Origin: an uncultured Dehalococcoidales bacterium
GTDB taxonomy: Bacteria; Chloroflexota; Dehalococcoidia; GIF9; UBA5629
DNA: 64,000 bases
Direction of reading: 5' to 3'
Assembly (NCBI GenBank): GCA_964437795.1
Contig: CAYTIC010000001.1
Location: forward strand, 86,864 to 150,863
Position 1 is the stretch's first letter. Each line of letters opens with the position of its first letter. Positions 54,169-63,131 of the stretch are shown in pieces. The notes under the pieces were generated by a model. The model searched no databases, was not told where the DNA came from, and saw only the letters and a list, made by a program, of their open reading frames with translations. The position numbers and the translations under genes were made by a program.

Positions 54169-55497
54169 TTAATATCCCAGCCGTTTCATCCTTGTTTCCA
54201 TCTTCTTCTTTTTATCGGCGCTGCTTGCTGCCGGACGTGCTGCCTGTGTTGCAGGGGCAGACTGGTCGGTGGCTATTTCGCTGGAGGCCTTGCCCTTCAC
54301 CAGCGTCCCGGCCGTGCTGCCGGAAATCGGCCTTGCCTGGGGGTTGAACGCCTCCGGCCCGTACAGCCTGTTCCACATGTCGAGTTTTTCCGAGTCAAGC
54401 TTTCTGCCCTGCAGTCCCGGGTAGTCCGGATCATAGCGGTGGCAGCGGAATGTGCAGTTGCTCAGGCCGTAAGGTGAAAGGGTATCCCTGTGGTTATAGA
54501 AAGGCACTATATATTCCCAGACGATTTCGCCTGTGGTGGTAACTTCGAAGAAACGCCCCATCCCGCCTTCGCACACCAGCGTATTGCCGTTGGGCAGCCG
54601 TTCACAGCCGCCGATATAGGTCGTATTGAAATCTACGGGGTTCTCTTCCCTGAACTCCCACTCGACCTCGTTGGTTTTGGGGTTCACTTCAACGACGCGG
54701 CTGCCGTCCGGCGGGAAGTAATCAACGTTGTACCTGTTGTTATTGAGCACCAGTATGTTGCCGTTATCCAGCAGCGTGGGGTTGTGCGGCATAGAGAGGA
54801 AGCCTTTTCCCCAGCGCCACTTGAAATCGCCGGAACTCCTGTCGATGATAAAAAGGTTGTCGCAGCCGAAAGAACATAACATGATGTCGCCGTTGGGCAA
54901 TTCCTCGAGTGAATTGAGGCCCACCCATGCCAGGCGCATCTGCAGCGGCGCGAAACAATCGAGCTCGAGGTCGAAGTGCTGATAACCCAGCCATTCCCAG
55001 GCTATTTTGCCCTGCGGGGTGATCTCCTGTATTACGTTGCCGTGAAGAGGTATGTCAATGCCGAGGATGCCTTTAGGAGACACGCCGCCCTGCACTTTGG
55101 CGGCTATTTCTTCCGGAATCGGGACGTACTTCATGATAAGCGTATTGCCGTTCTTGCTGCGCTTGCGATCATGGGCGTCCATGTTTTCATCCTCGTATTT
55201 CCAGACCACATTGCCGTCCCAGTCCAGTTCAACGACGCGTTTTGCCACAGTCGGTATCGATGAAGGAGGCGCTCCCACGTCATCCAGGGCACACAGGATA
55301 TTCCCGTTGGGAAGCAGGTCCGCATGCAGGCGCACCCACCCCGGCAGTTTCCAGCGGTGAACGAAACGTCCCTGCATATCGATCAGCCAGGTATTGCCCG
55401 GTACCTGTGTCATTGGGCTGAACAACGTGAAGCCGGGATATGCTTTGTGTGGTTTATACTCGGTAACCGATTGTAATGCTCTTCTTGCGGATGGCAT
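54169..55497 (-). CDS. arylsulfotransferase (ASST)-like beta-propeller protein, cytoplasmic, with a low-complexity linker and a CysD-like C-terminal tail
   Basis: 442 aa with no signal peptide. Repeated blade motifs LPNGNIL, KNGNTLI, LPNGDIML, LDNGNILVLNN and LPNGNTLV recall the Arylsulfotran family. The C-terminal 60 aa are A/S/P/Q-rich and end KKKKMETRMKRLGY*. Confidence 0.55.
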   Translation of the reverse strand: MPSARRALQSVTEYKPHKAYPGFTLFSPMTQVPGNTWLIDMQGRFVHRWKLPGWVRLHADLLPNGNILCALDDVGAPPSSIPTVAKRVVELDWDGNVVWKYEDENMDAHDRKRSKNGNTLIMKYVPIPEEIAAKVQGGVSPKGILGIDIPLHGNVIQEITPQGKIAWEWLGYQHFDLELDCFAPLQMRLAWVGLNSLEELPNGDIMLCSFGCDNLFIIDRSSGDFKWRWGKGFLSMPHNPTLLDNGNILVLNNNRYNVDYFPPDGSRVVEVNPKTNEVEWEFREENPVDFNTTYIGGCERLPNGNTLVCEGGMGRFFEVTTTGEIVWEYIVPFYNHRDTLSPYGLSNCTFRCHRYDPDYPGLQGRKLDSEKLDMWNRLYGPEAFNPQARPISGSTAGTLVKGKASSEIATDQSAPATQAARPAASSADKKKKMETRMKRLGY

Positions 55498-55544
55498 ATG
55501 ACATATCCTCCTCTCAGTATTAAAAATCGTTATTGCTGAACTTA

Positions 55545-55573
55545 AATCTATTACTTTAAATGAGGATTGGCAA
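55545..55573 (-). promoter_or_regulatory. candidate promoter of the eight-gene sulfur operon
   Basis: On the minus strand: TTGCCA (55573-68), 17 nt, TAGATT (55550-45), about 45 nt upstream of the ASST-like ATG (SD GGAGG). Confidence 0.4.
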
Positions 55574-55693
55574 TACTCAGGCCGTGGTATTTTAGAAAAC
55601 GGTTGTGGCGTGGACCGGCATCACTATGTAGCGGGAAACGGGCTGCCGGAACACTGATTCAACTACTATCGGAGTATTATGCGGGGGAACAGG

Positions 55694-56335
55694 TCAATAA
55701 TGAGCTATCAGCCAGGCCGCCGCTTCACCGCGTGTGTGCAGACACACCTTCTTCATCACGTTTCGCATATGCACTTTGACCGTATTCTCCGATATCGAGA
55801 GCGTCGCAGCTATATCCTTATTGACATGGCCTTTGCCGACCAGCGCGAGGACTTCCCTCTCCCTGTTAGTCAATAACGGCACACGGACATGCACCTTTTT
55901 CTGCAGGCTGTCGAACGTATGCAGTACGCTGTTTGCCATTTGCGGGGAAAGCACCAGCTCACCGTCGGCGATCAGGGTAACGGCCTTCACCAGGTTTTCA
56001 AGGGTTATGTCCCGGGTTACATAACCGGACGCTTCGTGATGAATAATCGTGCCCAGGTCCTGTTGCTCTTTGGGCCATCCGAACACGAGTATTTTCACAT
56101 CGGGCATGTCACGGTGGATAAGCGATATCACCTCGTCATAGGTACAGGCCCTTATCTCGGAGTCGATCAGCACCACATCCGGCTTTTCGCGCTGGGCAAT
56201 TTTGACCACCTCGAATCCCGTGCTGCATACTCCCACGACGCGGATGGCCGTGTCGGATTCCAGCAGTTTCGGCAACGCTTTACAAATAATGTCCATAGTA
56301 TCGGCAACTATGAGCTTTACCGCTGTGCTAACCAA
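55694..56335 (-). CDS. NarL/LuxR-type response regulator with an atypical receiver domain
   Basis: Start set at the TTG 8 nt after GGAGG. The C-terminal LTNREREVLALVGKGHVNKDIAATLSISENTVKVHM is a LuxR HTH. The receiver has A-D instead of D-D, keeps VVLIDSE, has VFGWP instead of S/T, and GYVTRD instead of K. Confidence 0.7.
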   Translation of the reverse strand: MVSTAVKLIVADTMDIICKALPKLLESDTAIRVVGVCSTGFEVVKIAQREKPDVVLIDSEIRACTYDEVISLIHRDMPDVKILVFGWPKEQQDLGTIIHHEASGYVTRDITLENLVKAVTLIADGELVLSPQMANSVLHTFDSLQKKVHVRVPLLTNREREVLALVGKGHVNKDIAATLSISENTVKVHMRNVMKKVCLHTRGEAAAWLIAHY

Positions 56336-56531
56336 TCTGCTTTCCTCCTGCCGTTCAACGACAGCATAATACCATGGTATTAGTGGCGTAAACAATATGT
56401 CAAGTAATATGTATGACGTTACAGGTTATATTGACTTACATTCAAATTCTCAATCTAACCCCCTATTGGTATTGCCAATCCCGCCATTAAGGTTTAGATT
56501 TTATTGTAAATCGGGGAGACAGGAGGGACAT

Positions 56532-57821
56532 TTGAGCGAAATAAAGCAGAAGTATAAAGTGGGCGGCAGTGGAGCGGTCTTCGTACTCATCATTCTATTC
56601 CTCCTTTATATCCTGAACTTCGCCGACCGGGCCATAGTGGCAATCGTGCTGCAGCCGATGAAGGAAGCGCTGCAGTTGACCGATGCCCAGGCGGGGGCGA
56701 TGCAATCCATTTTCCTGCTGGGGGCAGGTCTGCTGATGATTCCCGGCGCCATCTTTGTAGAAAGGTGGAGCCGCCGCAAGATGCTGGGCATTATGGCCCT
56801 TATCTGGAGCGTGGCCACGTTTGCCACCGGCCTGGGCACAAAATTCTGGCATATCATGTCGGCCCGGTTCGTGGTCGGCATCGGTGAAGCGGGCTATAAC
56901 CCCGGCGGCACCGCCTGGCTGTCCCTGGCTTTTTCCAAGAAGGTCCGGGGCAGGATACTTGGTTTATTCCAATCGGCGGCCCAGGTCGGTATGGCTGTAG
57001 GACTGATAATAGGAGGCCTGATAGTCACGCAGACCGGCGATTGGCGCATGCCGTTTTACATTTTTGCCATACCTGGAATTATATTGGGCATAATCACCTT
57101 CTTTCTGCCCGACTATGCAACGGTAAGGGAAAAAGGCGAAGCCGTTTTCAACAAGAAGTTTTTCTCCGAGGTGCTCGGCCTCTTCAAGATTAAGACGTAT
57201 TCCCTGAACATCATAGCCCAGTGCCTGTTTGCCTTTATCAGCATGACCATTCTGGGCTGGCTGCCCGCCCTGCTCATGAGGGCCTACAATATAGACGCGT
57301 TTCAGGCAGGCACAATTAACGGCCTGACAAGCCTGATAGTCCTGATCGGCGCGCCCCTGGGCGGCTTCCTGGGTGACAGGTGGCAGGCAAAGAAACACGG
57401 GGGCAGAGCTTACTTTATGGTAGTCGCCATGCTTGCTTATGCGATTGCGGCGACACTCATGATACTGTCTACTAATTATTCCCTGACAATCTACATCGTT
57501 ATGGCTTCGCTCGCTTCGTTTTGCTCTGCGCTGGCATTGCCGGGCCTTTTCGCCATCTGGACGGATGTACTGTCGCCCAAACACCGCACCACCGGTATCG
57601 GCATGGGCACCATGATTTCACTTGTCCTGGGCGCTGTGCCGGGACCGTTGTTTGTCGGTGCGGTATCCGATGCCCTGGGCGGAGGGGTCTTCGGCCTGAG
57701 AAGCGCATTCCTGCTGATGATGCCTGCGGCGTTTATAGCCACGATAATGTACTTCGTTATGTCCAGGTACTATCCCGCAGACAGTGCTAACATAAGCGAC
57801 GACGTCCTGGCAGAAAAGTAA
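56532..57821 (+). CDS. major facilitator superfamily transporter (anion:cation-symporter-like)
   Basis: Start set at the TTG after AGGAGGG. LNFADRAIVAIVLQPMKEALQLTDAQAG, and about 12 TM helices. Confidence 0.7.
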   Translation: MSEIKQKYKVGGSGAVFVLIILFLLYILNFADRAIVAIVLQPMKEALQLTDAQAGAMQSIFLLGAGLLMIPGAIFVERWSRRKMLGIMALIWSVATFATGLGTKFWHIMSARFVVGIGEAGYNPGGTAWLSLAFSKKVRGRILGLFQSAAQVGMAVGLIIGGLIVTQTGDWRMPFYIFAIPGIILGIITFFLPDYATVREKGEAVFNKKFFSEVLGLFKIKTYSLNIIAQCLFAFISMTILGWLPALLMRAYNIDAFQAGTINGLTSLIVLIGAPLGGFLGDRWQAKKHGGRAYFMVVAMLAYAIAATLMILSTNYSLTIYIVMASLASFCSALALPGLFAIWTDVLSPKHRTTGIGMGTMISLVLGAVPGPLFVGAVSDALGGGVFGLRSAFLLMMPAAFIATIMYFVMSRYYPADSANISDDVLAEK

Positions 57822-57858
57822 CGGACAGCGGTACCGATGCGGCCCGGGTGAATAACCC

Positions 57859-59520
57859 TTAGCCGGACTTCAACATCTCCCGCAGTTCACGTTTCAATAT
57901 CTTGCCGATGGCGCTGGTGGGCAGCGCATCCATAAATACGATTATCTTGGGCACCTTGTAAGGGGCTTCGCGCTGCCTGATGTAATCGCGTATCCTCTCC
58001 TTTTCAGACTCGGACTTCTCGATGCCCTCCTTGAGCACGATGGCGGAGGCCACCATCTCGTTGCCCGGCCGGTTGGGATCGGGAACGCCGATGGAGGCAG
58101 CCAGCGAGATATCGGGGTGCTCGATGATTATGTCATCAAGCTCGCGGGTGAATACCTTGTAGCCCGAGACGATTACCATGTCCTTGAGGCGGTCGACGAT
58201 ATAGATATAGCCTTCCTCGTCCATACGGCAGACGTCGCCGGTGTAGAACCACCCGTCTTTGAGGGCATTGGCCGTCTCCTCCGGCTTATTATGGTAACCC
58301 TTCATCACCTGCGGACCGCGCACCACCAGCTCGCCGGGCTCTCCCACGGGTACCGGCTCTTTGGTGGCGGGATCGACGATCTTGACCTCGGTATCGCCGA
58401 CGGGTAAACCGACCGAGCCGAACTTTCGCTTGCCGTAGCGGGGGTTGGCCGCGATGAGGGGACAGGTCTCGGTCATGCCGTAAACCTCGCTGAACTTGTC
58501 CTTGCCCACGATGTCCTCGAATCCCTTGAGATACTCAACGGGGAAGGGCGCCGCCCCGGCGATGCAGCCCCAGATGCCCGAGAAATCCAGCTCGCGGAAC
58601 TCAGGCTTCTTCATAAGTTCGAGATATATGGTAGGCACGGCCGTGAGCACGGTGGGCTTGTATTCCTTGATGCTCTTGATGATAAAGTCGTAATCGCGCG
58701 GGTTGGGCAGGGCAACCTGCGGCGTAGCCCACACCAGGCAGAACAGCCCGAGGAACAGGCCTGCCTGGTGAAAGAGCGGGAAGGGGCACAGTATGCGCTC
58801 CTGTCCCTTGACTGCGTCAACGTAGTTGCCCCACTGGATCATGTGGCGGACCACGTTGTTGTGCGTCAGCACAGCCCCCTTGGAGGGCCCGGTCGTGCCG
58901 CCGGTGTATTGCATCAGGAACGGCTCTTCGCCTTTGACCCTGATATTCACGGGATCGGCCGGGTACTCCTGCATGAGGTCGGTGAACCGGAATACCGGGA
59001 TGGGGGATTCGGGCAATTTGAGCGGCTGCGCATTGGGCAGAAAATCGCTGAAGCCCGTCAGCGCCATGCCCTTCAGTTTGACCTTGTCGATGACCTGGCT
59101 GATATTGCCCCAGAACACATCGAGCGCCAGCAGGAACTTGGCGCCCGAATCGTTGAGCTGGTATTCAAGCTCCCTGGGCGTCAGCAGCGGGCTGATGCCG
59201 GTAAGCACACAGCCTGCCCTGGAGATGGCCGGTATGGCGATATAGTAAGCGGGCAGGTTGAGCGAATACACCCCCACCACATCGCCCGGTTTCAATCCCT
59301 GCCTGATTAGAAAAGCGGCAAAACGGTTGGACAGCTCGTCGACCTGCCTGAAAGTTATCTCTTTCCCCATGTAATTCACCGCGGTGATATCCGGCACCTC
59401 GTTAACAGCTTCCAGGAAAAGGTCTGTGAACATCTTGTTCTCGGGGTAGTCGAAGTGGGCTTTCACGTGCGGGTCGAAGGACTTCTGCCAGAATTTACCG
59501 GCATAAGGATCACTCACCAT
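57859..59520 (-). CDS. AMP-dependent long-chain acyl-CoA synthetase/ligase
   Basis: 553 aa. LMQYTGGTTGPSKG, VYGMTE, WFYTGD, GKILKRELR. Confidence 0.8.
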   Translation of the reverse strand: MVSDPYAGKFWQKSFDPHVKAHFDYPENKMFTDLFLEAVNEVPDITAVNYMGKEITFRQVDELSNRFAAFLIRQGLKPGDVVGVYSLNLPAYYIAIPAISRAGCVLTGISPLLTPRELEYQLNDSGAKFLLALDVFWGNISQVIDKVKLKGMALTGFSDFLPNAQPLKLPESPIPVFRFTDLMQEYPADPVNIRVKGEEPFLMQYTGGTTGPSKGAVLTHNNVVRHMIQWGNYVDAVKGQERILCPFPLFHQAGLFLGLFCLVWATPQVALPNPRDYDFIIKSIKEYKPTVLTAVPTIYLELMKKPEFRELDFSGIWGCIAGAAPFPVEYLKGFEDIVGKDKFSEVYGMTETCPLIAANPRYGKRKFGSVGLPVGDTEVKIVDPATKEPVPVGEPGELVVRGPQVMKGYHNKPEETANALKDGWFYTGDVCRMDEEGYIYIVDRLKDMVIVSGYKVFTRELDDIIIEHPDISLAASIGVPDPNRPGNEMVASAIVLKEGIEKSESEKERIRDYIRQREAPYKVPKIIVFMDALPTSAIGKILKRELREMLKSG

Positions 59521-59668
59521 GCTGCAACCTCCTCAAACTATAAATCTGCCAGGATTTCTCTGTTTGTGCCCATCCAGTTTATCAAGGTTCTCTTATACAG
59601 TAAACATCAGCAGCCTTTGAAAAGGGGGTAAGGGTTTGCTATCATTCAAACCGCACTTGTAAAACCAT

Positions 59669-59899
59669 ATGGACCTGATAAAGACCCTCAGCAATGTCCT
59701 CGGCGTGATCTGCATCATTATCGGCGTTTTTCTGATACCGCTGAGCATCTGGTTTATTAAGCCGGCCATTAAAAACAAGGACAGGGTGTCCCTTGTCGTG
59801 GCGATCATTATCCTGGCCCTGTCAGCGGCCTGCTTCGTCGGGGCGTACATCATGTTTACAACCGGGCTGATTAAAATGGCCCCGACGCGGCTATACTGA
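59669..59899 (+). CDS. small membrane protein (2 TM), hypothetical
   Basis: 76 aa with two clear hydrophobic helices. No obvious RBS, so it is tentative. The antisense ORF 59593..59985 looks less protein-like. Confidence 0.35.
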   Translation: MDLIKTLSNVLGVICIIIGVFLIPLSIWFIKPAIKNKDRVSLVVAIIILALSAACFVGAYIMFTTGLIKMAPTRLY

Positions 59900-59906
59900 A
59901 ACTTCT

Positions 59907-60665
59907 TTAATAGACTGCGCCGCCATCCAGGAATATGGGGTGCCCCGATATGTAGCCGCCTTCGTCGGAGCACAGGAAAACACAAAGGTTCCCCACGTCA
60001 GCCGGCTGACAGATCCGTCCGAACGGCAGATTCCTGGCCAGTTCTTTCACTTCCATCCCCATTACGCCTTTGATCAGTCGTGCGCCCATATCGGTCTCCA
60101 CCAGGCCGCAGGCGATGGTGTTCACCCTGATATTGTGGCTTACCTCTTCCTTGGCCAGGCAGGAGGACAAGGCGTTGAGCCCTGCCTTGGCTACCGCATA
60201 GGGAGAATGCCCCGCCATGCAGCTGAAAGGGCTCACCGAGGATATGTTGATGATATCGCCGCGCTTCTGTTTCCTCAGTGCGGGCAGGGCTTCTTTAATG
60301 AAATAGAAGGCGCCCATCACGTGAATTTTGAAAAGCCGCTCCATCTCCTCCACTTCGGTATCGGCCACAAACCTCCCGCGTGAAGCTATGCCTGCATTGT
60401 TGACCAGTATGTCGATCTTACCGAACGTGTCGATTGTTTTGGCCACAACGGCCTTAACCTGTGCATAGTCGGTTACGTCGGCCTGTATCGACAGCGCCCG
60501 CCGTCCCAGTGCAACGATCTCCCCGTCAGTCGCTTTTGCCGCATCGGCATCGCGCCGGTAGTTGTACGCAATATCAGCGCCTTCCCCGGCTAAAGCGAGC
60601 GCTATACCTTTACCGATACCCCTGCCGCCGCCGGTAACCAGGGCTACCTTTCCTGATAATTTCAA
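59907..60665 (-). CDS. FabG-like short-chain dehydrogenase/reductase
   Basis: VALVTGGGRGIGKGIA, NNAG, YAVAK. Confidence 0.8.
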   Translation of the reverse strand: MKLSGKVALVTGGGRGIGKGIALALAGEGADIAYNYRRDADAAKATDGEIVALGRRALSIQADVTDYAQVKAVVAKTIDTFGKIDILVNNAGIASRGRFVADTEVEEMERLFKIHVMGAFYFIKEALPALRKQKRGDIINISSVSPFSCMAGHSPYAVAKAGLNALSSCLAKEEVSHNIRVNTIACGLVETDMGARLIKGVMGMEVKELARNLPFGRICQPADVGNLCVFLCSDEGGYISGHPIFLDGGAVY

Positions 60666-60678
60666 GACTGACCTCCTG

Positions 60679-63078
60679 TTAAGGCTGTAATATTAGAACC
60701 TGCGATAGTTCGCCTGTAGAAAGGAAATGTGTTGCCACCTGTTGTCCGTTTGCCCACATTTGCGCAAGGTCGCCGTAATACGGGCTTAAGAGCAACCCAG
60801 ATTGGCCGGGCGGACTCATGATAGTCGAGTTTTCCAGATCGGACATGTCCACTATAAGCCTGATGACGCCGCCGGAATCCATGGCATAGGGATTCTTGCT
60901 GTCCCACATGCCCGCATTGATAGTGAACCCATCACCGTTAGTCGGGATGGGGCTGAGGTTATAGAACCCAAGCTTACTGCCGAGGGGATGCTTGAATGTC
61001 ATCTGGTGGACCTTTCCCCATTGCCATTTTGAAGGATCCTGTCCCAGCCTGGCCGACAGCTCCGCTATGGCATCCTTCATGCTTTTCTTTATGATGTCAT
61101 CGCGGGTTTCCCTGATACCGGCCGTCGTGAGGTCATCGTAAAAGGGATTATTGTTATCGTTCACCATAGCGGTGAGCAGCCTGTCCGGAATATATATCTG
61201 GTAATCCTGAGTGATCTCTGCGTTCAATTTCGCACCGACCTTGTTTTCGAACGTATTCTGCACCATATACTTGTAGAACGCGTTGAAAAGCGTGGCCGCC
61301 GGGCTGTTAACGTCGGATGAATAGTTCCAGCCCTTAAACAGGCCCAGTGCCGGCTTCATATCGTCCATGCTGTCGCAGGCGGCCAGTACGAGCGGGACCC
61401 AGTATTGCGCCTCCACCGAGACGTTGTCCAACTGCATTTTCCTGATCTCATCAAAGGTGAACCTGTCCTTGCTCCCGACTATCTGCTGGAAGCGCAGGGC
61501 ACGCTCAATCATCCAGAAGTCAGTGATATGGTAGTCGACTTTTTTCGGGACGTTATTGAAAGACGCCACGTACCCCTGGCTCGGATTTAAATCGTATGGA
61601 AGTTTGTCGAAGGGGACATAGCCGGTCCAATCGTATTTGCCCTCGTCACCCGGCACAGGCAGAGTGCCATCGCCTGTCTTGCGCACGGGCGGGGATGCGA
61701 TATACTGGTAACCTATATTTCCATAAATATCGGCATAGCCGAAATTCAGCGTAGGTGTGCGCACCACGCTTAACGCACTGCGAAACTCATCGAAATTCCT
61801 GGCTTTATCCAACGCGATAAAACCTTCCATGATGCCGAGGTGAGGATGAAGGCCTACCCACATCATGGCGCAGTTGACAGGCGCCCTGGGCATTACATCG
61901 GATATGATAGGGCCATGCCGGGATATCCTGACCCGCAGTTTCTCTTCCCTGATCCCATCCTTACCCTTGACCCTGATGGTCTCATCAACTATCTTGAAAT
62001 TCTTATAACCGTCTTCGGTCAGGTATTGATCAGCGTCGGCGGGGTTTATCTTTTCGATGAAGAAGTCCATCTCGTCTCCCCTGCCGTTGGTGGTGCTCCA
62101 GGCGAAATAACGATTAAGCCCGAGCACGTTGATGGTAGGGGCGCCGGGTATGGAACCTCCCATCACGTCATAGTCGCCGCCCTTAAGGTGCACGAGGTAG
62201 AACAGCGCCGGTATGGTGGGAGCCAGGTCCGGGCTGCCTGTGAAAACGGCCTTCCCCGAAGCAGTACGTTTGCCGGAAAAGATCATCCAGTTGCTGGCGG
62301 CAGTATCCAGGGGGAAGGGACTATTGATATCACCGCTCCCGGTCACCGCGCCGGCAACCCCCGTCGCAGGACGATCAACACCGGATGTGGCAGGCGGAGG
62401 CGCGGCACCCGGACCGGATATCGTGGGCGCATCGGCGGGCACAATGGGGATGATCGTTTTCAGTATTTCGCTTCCGGCTGAGTTGCCGATTTGATTGAGA
62501 ATGAGCTCCGTATCCTTGGAACGGTTGAGGCTGTAGGCCATGAGTATCCCGCAGACCATGGTATCCTGGGGTTTCCATGTTTGAGGCTTAAACCCGAGGA
62601 TGGTGTATTCACTGGGAAGGTACCTGGCATTATCTATATAGGCATTGACCCCGCGGGCATAGGCATCCACTATGGATTTAGCGCCCGGTTCCAGTCCTGA
62701 ATATTCTTCTTCGGCGGCGCGGTAGAACCCGATCGTTCTGAAGTATTTATCCGTGTCAAGCATTATGTCGCCCAGCACCGACGAAAGCTCACCCCTTCCT
62801 GCCAGACGCGTCATATCCATCTGGAACATCCGCTCGCGGGCGGTGATATAACCCTGTGCGAAAAAGAGGTCCTCCTCGTTCTGAGCAAAGATATGTGGTA
62901 TGCCGTGCTCGTCGGTGCGTACTTCAACCCTGGCCGAAAGACCTTTTATGGTCTCGGTGCCGGAATATGCGGGCTGAGGAAGCCTGAATACTACCTGCAC
63001 GGCTATTGCTGCTATTATGACTAAAACAAGTATGACGCTCAGCGATATAATCAGTGCCTTGCCCTTTTTCGATTTCAC
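60679..63078 (-). CDS. penicillin-amidase (S45 Ntn-hydrolase) family protein, N-terminally membrane-anchored
   Basis: 799 aa. N-terminal TM ALIISLSVILVLVIIAAIAV. A Pro/Ala/Gly-rich spacer is followed by ...DTAA|SNWMIFSGKRTASG, the autoprocessing site with Ser nucleophile typical of PGA/AHL acylases. Confidence 0.75.
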   Translation of the reverse strand: MKSKKGKALIISLSVILVLVIIAAIAVQVVFRLPQPAYSGTETIKGLSARVEVRTDEHGIPHIFAQNEEDLFFAQGYITARERMFQMDMTRLAGRGELSSVLGDIMLDTDKYFRTIGFYRAAEEEYSGLEPGAKSIVDAYARGVNAYIDNARYLPSEYTILGFKPQTWKPQDTMVCGILMAYSLNRSKDTELILNQIGNSAGSEILKTIIPIVPADAPTISGPGAAPPPATSGVDRPATGVAGAVTGSGDINSPFPLDTAASNWMIFSGKRTASGKAVFTGSPDLAPTIPALFYLVHLKGGDYDVMGGSIPGAPTINVLGLNRYFAWSTTNGRGDEMDFFIEKINPADADQYLTEDGYKNFKIVDETIRVKGKDGIREEKLRVRISRHGPIISDVMPRAPVNCAMMWVGLHPHLGIMEGFIALDKARNFDEFRSALSVVRTPTLNFGYADIYGNIGYQYIASPPVRKTGDGTLPVPGDEGKYDWTGYVPFDKLPYDLNPSQGYVASFNNVPKKVDYHITDFWMIERALRFQQIVGSKDRFTFDEIRKMQLDNVSVEAQYWVPLVLAACDSMDDMKPALGLFKGWNYSSDVNSPAATLFNAFYKYMVQNTFENKVGAKLNAEITQDYQIYIPDRLLTAMVNDNNNPFYDDLTTAGIRETRDDIIKKSMKDAIAELSARLGQDPSKWQWGKVHQMTFKHPLGSKLGFYNLSPIPTNGDGFTINAGMWDSKNPYAMDSGGVIRLIVDMSDLENSTIMSPPGQSGLLLSPYYGDLAQMWANGQQVATHFLSTGELSQVLILQP

Positions 63079-63131
63079 CTGATCACCTCCAGTCTATAAT
63101 TGCCTGAGCTAAAAACGTCCCTGCATGACAT

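Noticed and set aside
45139-55497. Calling the locus a complete dissimilatory sulfate-reduction (or sulfur-oxidation) pathway
   Set aside because: No sat, dsrAB, dsrC or sulfate permease is visible in the window. The direction of AprBA cannot be read from the sequence by eye. Only the gene composition is reported.
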